From an uncultured Armatimonadetes bacterium (lineage in GTDB: Bacteria; Armatimonadota; UBA5829; DTJY01): 64,000 nt of DNA. The notes beneath the pieces were generated by a model, which saw only the letters and a program-made list of their open reading frames with translations, did not search any database and was not told where the DNA came from. The translations under genes and the position numbers were made by a program. The first letter of the stretch is position 1. The number at the start of each line of letters is the position of its first letter. Of this stretch, positions 9,805 to 18,709 are shown in pieces. The stretch is from positions 192,001 to 256,000 of the forward strand of contig OY970325.1 in NCBI GenBank assembly GCA_963717145.1, read 5' to 3'.

Positions 9805-9940
9805 ACGGCAGGATGATGTTGCGGCGGGTGTCCAACTCCTGCCCCGACACCGTAAGCTCAAGACTGTGCGTGCCATACCCGCCGCGATGGCCGCCCCTAA
9901 GACGGCTTCCAGGTAACATTACCAGTTTTCCATTTGGCTA

Positions 9941-9969
9941 TTGACCGCTTAGGTGAGGCGTGATATCAT
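9941..9969 (+). promoter_or_regulatory. Sigma70-type promoter
   Basis: TTGACC-N17-TATCAT upstream of 10015. Confidence 0.55.
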
Positions 9970-10014
9970 GAGACGTGTGGCCGCGAACAGGGCCAACAAT
10001 GGGAGGAAGGGCGA

Positions 10015-11082
10015 ATGAAGAGGCTGTTTGCGGTGCCGGCAATGCTCATGCTACTATGCCTCAGCCTACGCGTCGAGGCGGAGAACCAGTATGCGCTACG
10101 GCAGTTGCCGGTTCCTGCGGGAACTACAGAGAGTGAGGCCAGGGGAATCAATGACGCGGGCGACGCCGCGGGATATGCAAGTAGCCGACCGGACCCCAAC
10201 TGCTTTTCGTACGCCTTGAGATGGCAGCAGAACTCATTCACGATTCTTGGTGACGGAGAGGCATACGATATCAACAACTCGGGAGTTGTTGTGGGTCGCG
10301 GCAACGGGCATGCGATGCAATACACCGATGACAGTGACATCACGATGCACGGCTTCACCGCCAGAGAAGGACACCCTGAGGCGTGCAGCGCTCTCTCGGT
10401 CAGTAATACGGGCTATGTTGCTGGTTGGGCGACCAATCCTAACACCGCTCGTGAATGTTCCATAGGATGGCTTCTCCCGAGCACCTTAGGCAGCAGTCCA
10501 GCTAACAGCTTCGGAAGGGCTTCAGATGTGAATGACTTGGGAGAGTACGTCGGCCAGTCGTACGATGCGTATGGTGGTGGAGCAACCTACTGGAGCGGCA
10601 CCTCCGAAGCTGCTGAGAAGATCTACTACCCAAGTTTCACTGGTGGACGCGGTGGTGAAGCGTATGGCGTGAACAACGCAGGAGTGACAGTAGGGTACAT
10701 AGGCAACCACGCGGTGCTTTGGGCTTCCCCGTTTGCAGCGCCAGTGGACCTCTGTCCGGACATGCCCGCTCAGGGCTATTCGCTAGCCTGGCGGATTAAT
10801 GAACATGGGCGGGTGATTGGCTACACATTCGACGGATTGTATGACCGGGCCTGGTTCTGGGACGCGAGTGGAGGCATGCATATGCTCCCAGACGTGGGGT
10901 TTGGGTGTATGGCCTATGGTATCAACAACCGGAGTGCCGACAGCGATATCGCTGGGGCGGTCTTTGATTCGGCCGGTGTGCCTCATGCTGTGGTCTGGCA
11001 GGTGATTCCTGAGCCATCGAGCCTCCTGGCGCTTGGGAGCGGCTTGCTCGCACTGGGCAGCCTCGTCCGAAGACGGCGGTAG
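10015..11082 (+). CDS. PEP-CTERM surface protein with HAF-like extracellular repeats
   Basis: Signal peptide, repeated A.gINn.G.vVG units, tail IPEPSSLLALGSGLLALGSLVRRRR. Confidence 0.88.
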   Translation: MKRLFAVPAMLMLLCLSLRVEAENQYALRQLPVPAGTTESEARGINDAGDAAGYASSRPDPNCFSYALRWQQNSFTILGDGEAYDINNSGVVVGRGNGHAMQYTDDSDITMHGFTAREGHPEACSALSVSNTGYVAGWATNPNTARECSIGWLLPSTLGSSPANSFGRASDVNDLGEYVGQSYDAYGGGATYWSGTSEAAEKIYYPSFTGGRGGEAYGVNNAGVTVGYIGNHAVLWASPFAAPVDLCPDMPAQGYSLAWRINEHGRVIGYTFDGLYDRAWFWDASGGMHMLPDVGFGCMAYGINNRSADSDIAGAVFDSAGVPHAVVWQVIPEPSSLLALGSGLLALGSLVRRRR

Positions 11083-11114
11083 CTCGTCTGTCGCCCAGGA
11101 CGGTAGCTTCCCAA

Positions 11115-11247
11115 TGTCATGTCCGATGTCATGCGTCGTGTCACGTCAGATGTCATCGAAAAAGCCTTTGGTGGCAAGGGAAAATGCCACAAACGATGCC
11201 GACTCATGTCACGCCAAATGTCACGCCCCGTGTCACGTCCGATGTCA
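11115..11247. repeat. Two blocks of four TGTCA motifs at 12-bp period
   Basis: TGTCA at 11115, 11127, 11139, 11151 and at 11207, 11219, 11231, 11243. Confidence 0.75.
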
Positions 11248-11262
11248 GGGTCTTGGTCTTGC

Positions 11263-12504
11263 CTACTTGACTAGCACGAGTCGTGCCTCGGCGGGGGCTA
11301 GGGTGACGGAAAGCTCCTTCGACTCCGCTTTGAAGGTGACGGGGCCGAGGGGCTCGCCGGGGCCGAGGCGACCGATCTCTTCCGCGCCCGAGCCCTTCGC
11401 GAGGATGAGGCGGACTGGCGACGGCTCGTTCCAGTCGCGATTGACCAGCATCAGGACCGGCTTGCCCTGCTTGTCCGTGAACCGGCCGATGATGATGCGG
11501 TTGCCGAGCGCCCTTGCGATCAGGTCATCCGGCTCGAACCCCTTGGCCCTGAGCGGGACCTCGGTCAGGTGGGCGACCGACACCGACTTCAGCTCCATCA
11601 TCGCCTGTCCGAGCACCTTCAGCTTCGGGTTGATCTCGCAGGCGGCCTCGTACTGCGGGCCGGGCTTCCCGTTCGGCAGGACGACGCCCATGTAGTGCCA
11701 CTCCTCGGGCTTGTCCGGCTCGCCCGCGGACCAGTATGGGAAGTACCAGATCGATTTCGCCCCGTAGGCCAGCGACGTGTTCACCTGCCAGTACATCTGG
11801 TTGAGCGTCGGCGGGCGATACCGCGTCGCGTCCTGCAGCGCCTGGATGATCACCCACATCGGGATGCCGGCCTTGAGCGAGTCGCGACGGACGATCTCCA
11901 GGTTGGCGAACCAGTTGTCCCTGTTCCTCCCATCTCTCAGGAAGGAGTAGTGGTCGTAGCTCAGCATCAGTGGGTCGATCGTCTTGACGAAATCCGCCAC
12001 ATAACCGTCGTAGTCGGCGAACTCCAACTGCGTCGGCCCTCCGTAGTTCGGAAAGAGGTTGATGTAGGGCAGATGCGCCGGGTCCTTCTCGGCGAGGTAC
12101 TTGTGGACTTCGACGAGCAGGCGGTACACCTCCGGGCTCGGCTCGTCCCTAATGTAGTACCCATAGAGCGCGGGATGGTCCTTGTATGCGGCGATCATCG
12201 CATCGAGCGCGCGCTTGTCATCGTCGGTCTGGCGATCGGGATGGATGCGGGCGTCCTTCACCAGCAGTCGCATGCCATGCTTCCCGGCCAGGTCGAGGGA
12301 TTCCCGGTTCTGGTCGGCATCGCCGGCGGGCGCGATCAGCACCGTGAACCCGGCGGCGGCCATCCGCGCGTAGGTCGAGTTGGTGTTGTAGGCGGGAGGC
12401 TGGGTACGCCACGCGCCGATCTCGAACGCATCCTGAGTCCATCCGGCGACGGTCGGGGCCGCGCACGCCAGTACGAGTATCGCAAGTATCAGTAACATCC
12501 GCAT
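11263..12504 (-). CDS. Secreted GH-A-clan-like glycoside hydrolase
   Basis: Signal peptide from ATG 12504; YKDHPALYGYYIRDEP, LSYDHY and SLAYGAKSIWYF motifs. Confidence 0.75.
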   Translation of the reverse strand: MRMLLILAILVLACAAPTVAGWTQDAFEIGAWRTQPPAYNTNSTYARMAAAGFTVLIAPAGDADQNRESLDLAGKHGMRLLVKDARIHPDRQTDDDKRALDAMIAAYKDHPALYGYYIRDEPSPEVYRLLVEVHKYLAEKDPAHLPYINLFPNYGGPTQLEFADYDGYVADFVKTIDPLMLSYDHYSFLRDGRNRDNWFANLEIVRRDSLKAGIPMWVIIQALQDATRYRPPTLNQMYWQVNTSLAYGAKSIWYFPYWSAGEPDKPEEWHYMGVVLPNGKPGPQYEAACEINPKLKVLGQAMMELKSVSVAHLTEVPLRAKGFEPDDLIARALGNRIIIGRFTDKQGKPVLMLVNRDWNEPSPVRLILAKGSGAEEIGRLGPGEPLGPVTFKAESKELSVTLAPAEARLVLVK

Positions 12505-12547
12505 GTTCACTCCTCTTGGGTATGATAGTGCTCCATTATACCATGCG

Positions 12548-12576
12548 TTGACAAGGACCGCCGTCTGGCCTAGAAT
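12548..12576 (+). promoter_or_regulatory. Sigma70-type promoter (near-leaderless transcript)
   Basis: TTGACA-N17-TAGAAT, 9 nt before ATG 12586. Confidence 0.7.
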
Positions 12577-12585
12577 ACGAGCATC

Positions 12586-13413
12586 ATGAGCACAAAGCCT
12601 TTCCCGCTCGGCATCTTCACCTATATCGGCTATGACCTCCCGATCGCTGAACGAATACGGCTCATCAAGGAAGCCGGCTTCGATGCGACCTCCCTCTGGT
12701 GGGGCGACGAGGAGGACGATTACCGACAGAGGATCCACCGCCTGACGCCTGCCATGGTCCGCGACCAGGGGCTGATCCTGGAGTTCGTCCACGTAGCATT
12801 CAAGGAGTGCGATAGCTTCTGGAGCGAGAACTCCTCTGACCGGGAGCGGGCGGTTGCCCAGCATCTCGCCTGGGTGCAGGACTGCGCCGACCTCGGCATC
12901 CCCAATATGGTGATGCATGCGATGAGGGGCTCATACAGCGGTGAGGTCAACCGGTTCGGCGAGGAGAGCATCGCCCGCATCGCGAGCGCCGCCGAGGATG
13001 CAGGCATCACCATCGCCCTCGAGAACACCCGCCGCATGGATTGCTTCGAGGCCATCATGTCTGAGGTCGACTCGCCGAACCTGGGATTCTGCTATGACTC
13101 ATCGCACGAGCGCATCTGCACCGAGGACACCGGTATGCTCCTCCGGCGATATGGTGACAGGCTGAAGGTGACCCACTTGTCCGACAACGATGGCCTCACG
13201 GACAAACATTGGCTGCCGGGCGAGGGGCTCATCGACTGGGGGGCGCTGATCGATGCATTCCCCGCCGATACCTACTCCGGATGCTTCAGCCTGGAGGTAG
13301 TCCACGGGATGTCGGCGGATGACGCCCCCATCCCGGCGGAGTTTCTGGCCGAAGCGTTTAGACGGGCGAACTCGATGGTGGCGATGATCAGTACACAGGA
13401 GGCAGTATTGTGA
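12586..13413 (+). CDS. Sugar phosphate isomerase/epimerase (xylose-isomerase-like TIM barrel)
   Basis: IALEN, GFCYDSSH and HLSDNDG..DKHWLPGEG.IDW motifs. Confidence 0.88.
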   Translation: MSTKPFPLGIFTYIGYDLPIAERIRLIKEAGFDATSLWWGDEEDDYRQRIHRLTPAMVRDQGLILEFVHVAFKECDSFWSENSSDRERAVAQHLAWVQDCADLGIPNMVMHAMRGSYSGEVNRFGEESIARIASAAEDAGITIALENTRRMDCFEAIMSEVDSPNLGFCYDSSHERICTEDTGMLLRRYGDRLKVTHLSDNDGLTDKHWLPGEGLIDWGALIDAFPADTYSGCFSLEVVHGMSADDAPIPAEFLAEAFRRANSMVAMISTQEAVL

Positions 13414-14222
13414 AGGTTTACGTCATGACCGATTTGGAGGGAGTCGCGGGAGTGATCGACTCCGAGAACTGGTGTCAGTGGGACTCCCGATACTATGAGA
13501 CCGCGAAGGAACTGCTGACCCTGGAGGTCAACGCCGCCGTCCGAGGCTTCTTCCAGGGCGGTGCGACCGAGATCGTGGTCGCCGATGGGCACGGCCCCGG
13601 CGCGATCAACGCCTCACTGCTCGACGCTCGGGTGATGCTGATGCGCGGCTGGCCGGTAGGTTTCCCCCTGGAGTTGAATGCCTCATACGACGCAATCGCC
13701 TGGATCGGCCAGCACGCCAAGGCCGGGACCGAGCACGCCCATCTGGCGCACACTCAGAACTTCGGCATGCTCGATCAGTCGATCAACGGTATCTCGATCG
13801 GTGAGTTCGGAGAGATGGCGTTCTGTGCGATGGAACTCGGGGTGAAGCCGATCTTCGGCTCGGGTGACATGGCGTTCACTGAGGAGGCCGAGGCCCTCCT
13901 CCCCGGCATCGAGACGGTCGCGGTGAAGTACGGCACTACCCCCGGCAAGGGCGACGAGTGCACCGCTGAGGAGTACCGGACCCGCAACAAGGCGGCGGTT
14001 CACTTCTCGCCCGAGCGGTCGAGGCAGATGATCTACGAGGGTGCCCTCCGTGCGATCACGGAGAAGAAAGAGATCGGCTTCCCGAAGCTCCAGCCGCCCT
14101 ACAAGGCAGTCGTCAAGCGCCGCGCATCTGCGGACAAGCCGGCGAGCACCGGAGAGTTCAGCGATCCGTCGAGCATCAGCACGCTGATCAACGTCTCGCT
14201 CGGGATCAAGCCGAAGTCGTGA
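13410..14222 (+). CDS. M55-family D-aminopeptidase (DppA-like)
   Basis: DLEGVAGV, VADGHG, HAKAG..LAHT and SGD motifs. Confidence 0.88.
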   Translation: MKVYVMTDLEGVAGVIDSENWCQWDSRYYETAKELLTLEVNAAVRGFFQGGATEIVVADGHGPGAINASLLDARVMLMRGWPVGFPLELNASYDAIAWIGQHAKAGTEHAHLAHTQNFGMLDQSINGISIGEFGEMAFCAMELGVKPIFGSGDMAFTEEAEALLPGIETVAVKYGTTPGKGDECTAEEYRTRNKAAVHFSPERSRQMIYEGALRAITEKKEIGFPKLQPPYKAVVKRRASADKPASTGEFSDPSSISTLINVSLGIKPKS

Positions 14223-14225
14223 AGG

Positions 14226-14295
14226 AATGGTTAATGGCCGATGGCGGATGGTTAATGGGGACGGTCCGCCATTAACCATCAACCATGAACCATTT
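14226..14295. repeat. Inverted heptamer array (AATGGTT / AACCATT) forming a hairpin between convergent genes
   Basis: aatggttaatggccgatggcggatggttaatgg ... ccattaaccatcaaccatgaaccatt. Confidence 0.65.
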
Positions 14296-14304
14296 CCCAT
14301 TCCC

Positions 14305-16974
14305 TTATCTGGACAACTCCTTCACGATCTTCTGCTTGACCGAGCCGGCGCTGCAGAAGTCGGCCAGCCAGTTGTAGCCCTGGTATGACTGGAACGCGGC
14401 GTCGAAGGCGGAGAAGACCTTGCTGACCGAGTCGCCACTGCCGGTGAACTCATCTTGAAGCTTTTCGAGGCTCGCGGTGTCGAGTTCAGCGATCTTTGCG
14501 AGCGTTTCAGGGTCCGCCACGAGCTTCTTCAGCTTGAGATAGACGAACGGGCCCTTGATGACAGTGTCTACGAGCAACTTGGCGTCGAGCCGGTAAAGCT
14601 CGCGGTCTAGGTTGGCGATGTTCAGCGCGTTGTGTTCCTGCTCGTAGGCGGTGAAGATATCCTTGGCCGGAGGTACCACCTCCGATGGTGTCGCGGATCC
14701 CAACTCGCCGCGCAGAGCCTTTCCGCCGGCCTGCGACAGGATCTTCTGGGATGACTTGTGGACCACTCCGCTGAATGCCGACTTCATTCCCTCGCCGAGC
14801 TTGTTGATGCCCGCGGCGGTCGCGTAGGCGGCTCCGGACTTCTGCAGAGCCTCTAGATCAGCGGTGTCATAGTTGAGTGTCTTGGCGACGTCTATGCCCT
14901 TCTGGAACTGCTTGTAGAACAGGTCGACGAACTCGCGGAGCATGCTATCCTCGAACTTCTTCCACGTCTTCGGCTCGAATCGGTCCTTGAGCTTGCCCTT
15001 GGCCGCTGATTCGAGCTTATCCGAGACTCCGGCGAAATCACTGACCGTCGTGATGACGTTCTTGGCGCTGTCGAGGAACCAATCGGCCGACTCCATCTGG
15101 CGGTCGTCAAGCAGTTTCACATATCGGCAGAGCCACACGAGCTTGGCCGTGCTGTAGGCCAGGTATTCGGTCGAGCACATAGGATCCTTGCATCCCATGA
15201 CGCTCCCGGCCAGGTTCTTCGGCAGGTCCGCGCCGAACTCCTTGAGGGAACTTATGTCGTACTTCGCCTTCTCGAGGACATCGAGGTCCTCCTTCCAGGC
15301 CGAGATCAGGTGCGCGAGGTCCGGGTCGAGCGCCATCTTGAGCGGCTCGTTCATTTCCATGCTCTGGCCGGTGCTCGACATCCGATCACCGACGAACTCG
15401 AACTCGAACTTGCCATCGGTGTCACTCGTGCCTATGCCCAGGGGATTCCCCTTGGTATCCGCGAGCGTCAGATTGGCGTTGGCCACCGGGAAAGAGTCAT
15501 GGACGACTGTGCCGGCCAGTGAGCCATTCCTGTTCGGCGCGGGGATGGCGAACTTCTCCACGGGCGCGAATCCGGTCTTCTCGACGGTGAGGTAGTAGAC
15601 GTCGCCGGCATACAGGGGGATGCGGTAATCGGCCCGAACCTCCCTCGCGGGATTTCCCAGGGATGCCACCGCCGCGACGTAGACGTTTCCGCGCTTGAAG
15701 TCGGTCTTGGCGGAGAGCACATCGGGCGCGGTGTAGGTAAACTCGGCTGCTCCCTCGGAATCGATGACCACAGACGGTGCGCTCAGTGCGCCTTTCGCGG
15801 GCAGTTCCTTCTCATTGACGAACAGCTTGACCTTGGCTCCCGCAAGCGGCTTGAAGTTCGTGTCGCCGCAGATGACCTTCAGGCCGAGCTTCGACTTCCC
15901 ATCCGCGAAGAGCGCGGGCTGGCTCTCGTCCGTCGGGACGATGAGCAGTCCTCCCAGCCGAATGGAGAGCGACGCCTTCTGATCGCCGGATCCGACGACG
16001 GTGATCACATCTTCGCCGGGCGTGGTCGGCGCGGTGTAGGTGGCGACCGCAGTGCCGGTGTCATCCGTGATGAACTTGACGTGGGAGCACTTGCCCACTT
16101 TCACATCGATGTCGAACGATCCCTTGATCGGCTTGCCGTTCGCATCGCATGCTACCAGCTTGAGCTTGGCCGTGCTCTTTCCGTCGGCCCACAGTCCGAC
16201 CGACGAAGCTGTGAGGGTCAGCCCGGGTGTGCCTTTGGGCTGCTGGACCGGCGGTTTCGGCGCGGGTTTCTGGGGAGCCGGAGCGGCGGACTTCCCTCCG
16301 GCGCTGGCGACTATCCCCTGGACGAGACTCAGCATTACTTCTGCTCGCTCGCTAAGAAGCCGGTCCTTTGTCGCCGTGAGCTGATCCTTCTCCTGAACCG
16401 GCCAATATGGAATGGCCCACTGCACACCGCCGTCATAGTAAAGGTAGTCGCCGTCATCGAAGCACAACTGGATGGACGCCTTTATGCGGATCGGGCCTTT
16501 GAGCACATAGCACTCGTCATCATTGGTGATCGCTCCGTCGCCTATAGCCACACGCCTGCCGTTCTTCAGGCTCGAGTTGTTCTGCAGCCATACCGCACCG
16601 CTCCAGGAACTCTCCCAGTCAAAGCCGACATCCACCTTGATCTGATACCAGAACCAGTAGTCGTGTACACTGCATTCGTTGCCATCGGGTTTGCCGTTGC
16701 TATTGGCATCACCGTGCCAATACTGGAACTTCCCCTTGTCCAAAAGTTTGCACCAGTAGTTCATGCGCGGAGATTGGCGGTTCGACCTCTGATGGGTGAG
16801 GCCGAGCATCGTCTGCCCGTCGGTCTTCCTGTTGTCGACGCTCCAATCGTTCTTGGCGCGCCATTCCATCAGGGCTTTCGCCTCTGCGTCGGTGACAGCG
16901 AAGGCGGCGAGCGGAACTATTACGAAGAGCACCGTCAGCACGGCGGTGAGATACCTGCGGCCCAGAGCAATCAT
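14305..16974 (-). CDS. Large secreted protein with Big_1 (invasin-like Ig) domains and a helical C-terminus
   Basis: Start MIALGRRY after AGGAGG; Pro-rich linker; two ADGKS...YTAP repeats. 889 aa. Confidence 0.75.
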   Translation of the reverse strand: MIALGRRYLTAVLTVLFVIVPLAAFAVTDAEAKALMEWRAKNDWSVDNRKTDGQTMLGLTHQRSNRQSPRMNYWCKLLDKGKFQYWHGDANSNGKPDGNECSVHDYWFWYQIKVDVGFDWESSWSGAVWLQNNSSLKNGRRVAIGDGAITNDDECYVLKGPIRIKASIQLCFDDGDYLYYDGGVQWAIPYWPVQEKDQLTATKDRLLSERAEVMLSLVQGIVASAGGKSAAPAPQKPAPKPPVQQPKGTPGLTLTASSVGLWADGKSTAKLKLVACDANGKPIKGSFDIDVKVGKCSHVKFITDDTGTAVATYTAPTTPGEDVITVVGSGDQKASLSIRLGGLLIVPTDESQPALFADGKSKLGLKVICGDTNFKPLAGAKVKLFVNEKELPAKGALSAPSVVIDSEGAAEFTYTAPDVLSAKTDFKRGNVYVAAVASLGNPAREVRADYRIPLYAGDVYYLTVEKTGFAPVEKFAIPAPNRNGSLAGTVVHDSFPVANANLTLADTKGNPLGIGTSDTDGKFEFEFVGDRMSSTGQSMEMNEPLKMALDPDLAHLISAWKEDLDVLEKAKYDISSLKEFGADLPKNLAGSVMGCKDPMCSTEYLAYSTAKLVWLCRYVKLLDDRQMESADWFLDSAKNVITTVSDFAGVSDKLESAAKGKLKDRFEPKTWKKFEDSMLREFVDLFYKQFQKGIDVAKTLNYDTADLEALQKSGAAYATAAGINKLGEGMKSAFSGVVHKSSQKILSQAGGKALRGELGSATPSEVVPPAKDIFTAYEQEHNALNIANLDRELYRLDAKLLVDTVIKGPFVYLKLKKLVADPETLAKIAELDTASLEKLQDEFTGSGDSVSKVFSAFDAAFQSYQGYNWLADFCSAGSVKQKIVKELSR

Positions 16975-17070
16975 CTTGTCCTCCTGCAAGAACTGGGAGA
17001 CTGCACTCCCATCAACTTTTTCCACAGAATGTGGCTCTTTGTGATAGGAGAGGTGTAGAATAGGGTCACC

Positions 17071-18648
17071 ATGTACGAACTTCGCTCCACAATCACGAGC
17101 GCGCAGAGCGGCGACCTGGAGGCATACGGGCAACTCGTCCAGCGCTTTCAGGACATGGCCTGCGGTTACGCCTACTCGATCCTCGGCGACTTCGATCAGG
17201 CCCAGGACGCGGCTCAGGATGCGTTCATCCAGGCGTACCGGGAACTCGGGAGCCTTCGGGAGCCGAATGCCTTCGCAAGCTGGTTCCGGCGCATCGTCTT
17301 CACGCAGTGCGCCCGGCTCACGAGAGGCAAACAGCTTCCGATCGTGCCGCTGGAGTCGATCCTCGACGTCCAATCCGCCGAGCCGGGCCCCGACAGGATC
17401 GTCGAGCAGAGCGAACTCAAGGACAAGGTGCTCGCCGCAGTGCGATCGCTCCCCGAGCACGAGCGCGTGGTCACGACTCTCTTCTACATCAATGGCTACT
17501 CCCACGATGACATCGCCGGATTCCTGGATGTGCCCGTCTCGACCGTCAAGAGCCGGCTGCACACGTCCAGGACGCGGCTGAAAGAGAGGATGCTGGAGAT
17601 GGTTGGAGATTATCTGCACGAGAACGCACCGGACGAGGAGTTCACGAGCCGGGTACTGGAGAACATCCCGAAGCTGGGGTGGGGGATGAGGAAGGAGTGC
17701 ACCTACTGCGGCGCACTGGAAGCCGCCCTCAGCCTGACCGATCACCCCTTCGATTACGCGACGATCATGGGGCTCAACGGGATAGCATTCCGCACGAGGT
17801 GGTATCAGGGCCCGGCGGACTATATGCGCTGGTGCCCGTCCAGTTGTGTCGGCGAGTTCCCTGAGGAGGACGAATGGTTTCTCCAGTCGTCGGGCTGGCG
17901 GTTCCGGACGGAGGCCCATCTGAAGGAGAAAGAGCCGAAGATGGGTCGGTTCGCGCCGGATGTCGTGAAATCCATCAACGCCGGCTGGCCGGTTCTGGTG
18001 TACGACAAGACATGGAACATAGCGGTGATCAAGGGCTATGAGGATGGCGGCCGGACCGTACTCCTGCAGACCTACCGCAATCCCGAGACCGAGAAGCATG
18101 CCCTGGACGACCTGCCCGGGTTCCTGGTGGTATTCAAGGGCTATGACAAGCCGCTTCCGCCCAGGGAGATGCTCATGCACAGCCTGCGGATCGCCGTGCG
18201 TAACTGGGACCGGCCAGAAGGACTGCCGGATTTCAACCGTGGGGATTATGTCTATGGCTTCCGGGCGCTCAAGCAGTGGGCGGAGGATCTCGGCCACTAC
18301 GATGAATGGACCGAGAAAGAGCGCGAATCGCTCTTCTTCGTGAGCTGGTGGTGCTTCTGCAGCCTGGTAGATGGACGGATGGCGGCAGTGGAGTATCTTC
18401 GCGGTCACCTCGATGACGTGTCCGGCGACGAGCAGGAGTCACTCGCCCGTGCGATCAACCGGTACGAGGAGGAGATCAACCTGCTGACTCCACCCTCATT
18501 CGAGCGCAGGGAGGCCTTCTTCGGGCCTTGGAGTGGCAAGTCGATCGCCGACTGGACGCCCGAGGTTCGTGCCCGCGAGCAAGAACTCCTGCGCAAGGCC
18601 ATGACGATCGAGGAAGCGGCAATCGCGAGCCTCAGGACCGTCATCTAA
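17071..18648 (+). CDS. ECF sigma factor with a long C-terminal extension
   Basis: Sigma region 2 (AQDAAQDAFIQAY..F.SWFRRI) and region 4 (VSTVKSRLHTSR), followed by about 340 aa. Confidence 0.9.
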   Translation: MYELRSTITSAQSGDLEAYGQLVQRFQDMACGYAYSILGDFDQAQDAAQDAFIQAYRELGSLREPNAFASWFRRIVFTQCARLTRGKQLPIVPLESILDVQSAEPGPDRIVEQSELKDKVLAAVRSLPEHERVVTTLFYINGYSHDDIAGFLDVPVSTVKSRLHTSRTRLKERMLEMVGDYLHENAPDEEFTSRVLENIPKLGWGMRKECTYCGALEAALSLTDHPFDYATIMGLNGIAFRTRWYQGPADYMRWCPSSCVGEFPEEDEWFLQSSGWRFRTEAHLKEKEPKMGRFAPDVVKSINAGWPVLVYDKTWNIAVIKGYEDGGRTVLLQTYRNPETEKHALDDLPGFLVVFKGYDKPLPPREMLMHSLRIAVRNWDRPEGLPDFNRGDYVYGFRALKQWAEDLGHYDEWTEKERESLFFVSWWCFCSLVDGRMAAVEYLRGHLDDVSGDEQESLARAINRYEEEINLLTPPSFERREAFFGPWSGKSIADWTPEVRAREQELLRKAMTIEEAAIASLRTVI

Positions 18649-18709
18649 TCCTTTCTCCGCGAAGTTGGCTCTATGGTAATGAGAGTCGATGAAGTAGTGG
18701 AGGTTCAGC

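Noticed and set aside
12505-12918. N-terminal extension of the 551-aa ORF
   Set aside because: Overlaps the isomerase gene in antisense; the signal peptide begins at 12504.
16975-18408. N-terminal extension of the 1367-aa minus-strand ORF
   Set aside because: Antisense shadow of the ECF gene; the real start with RBS and signal peptide is at 16974.
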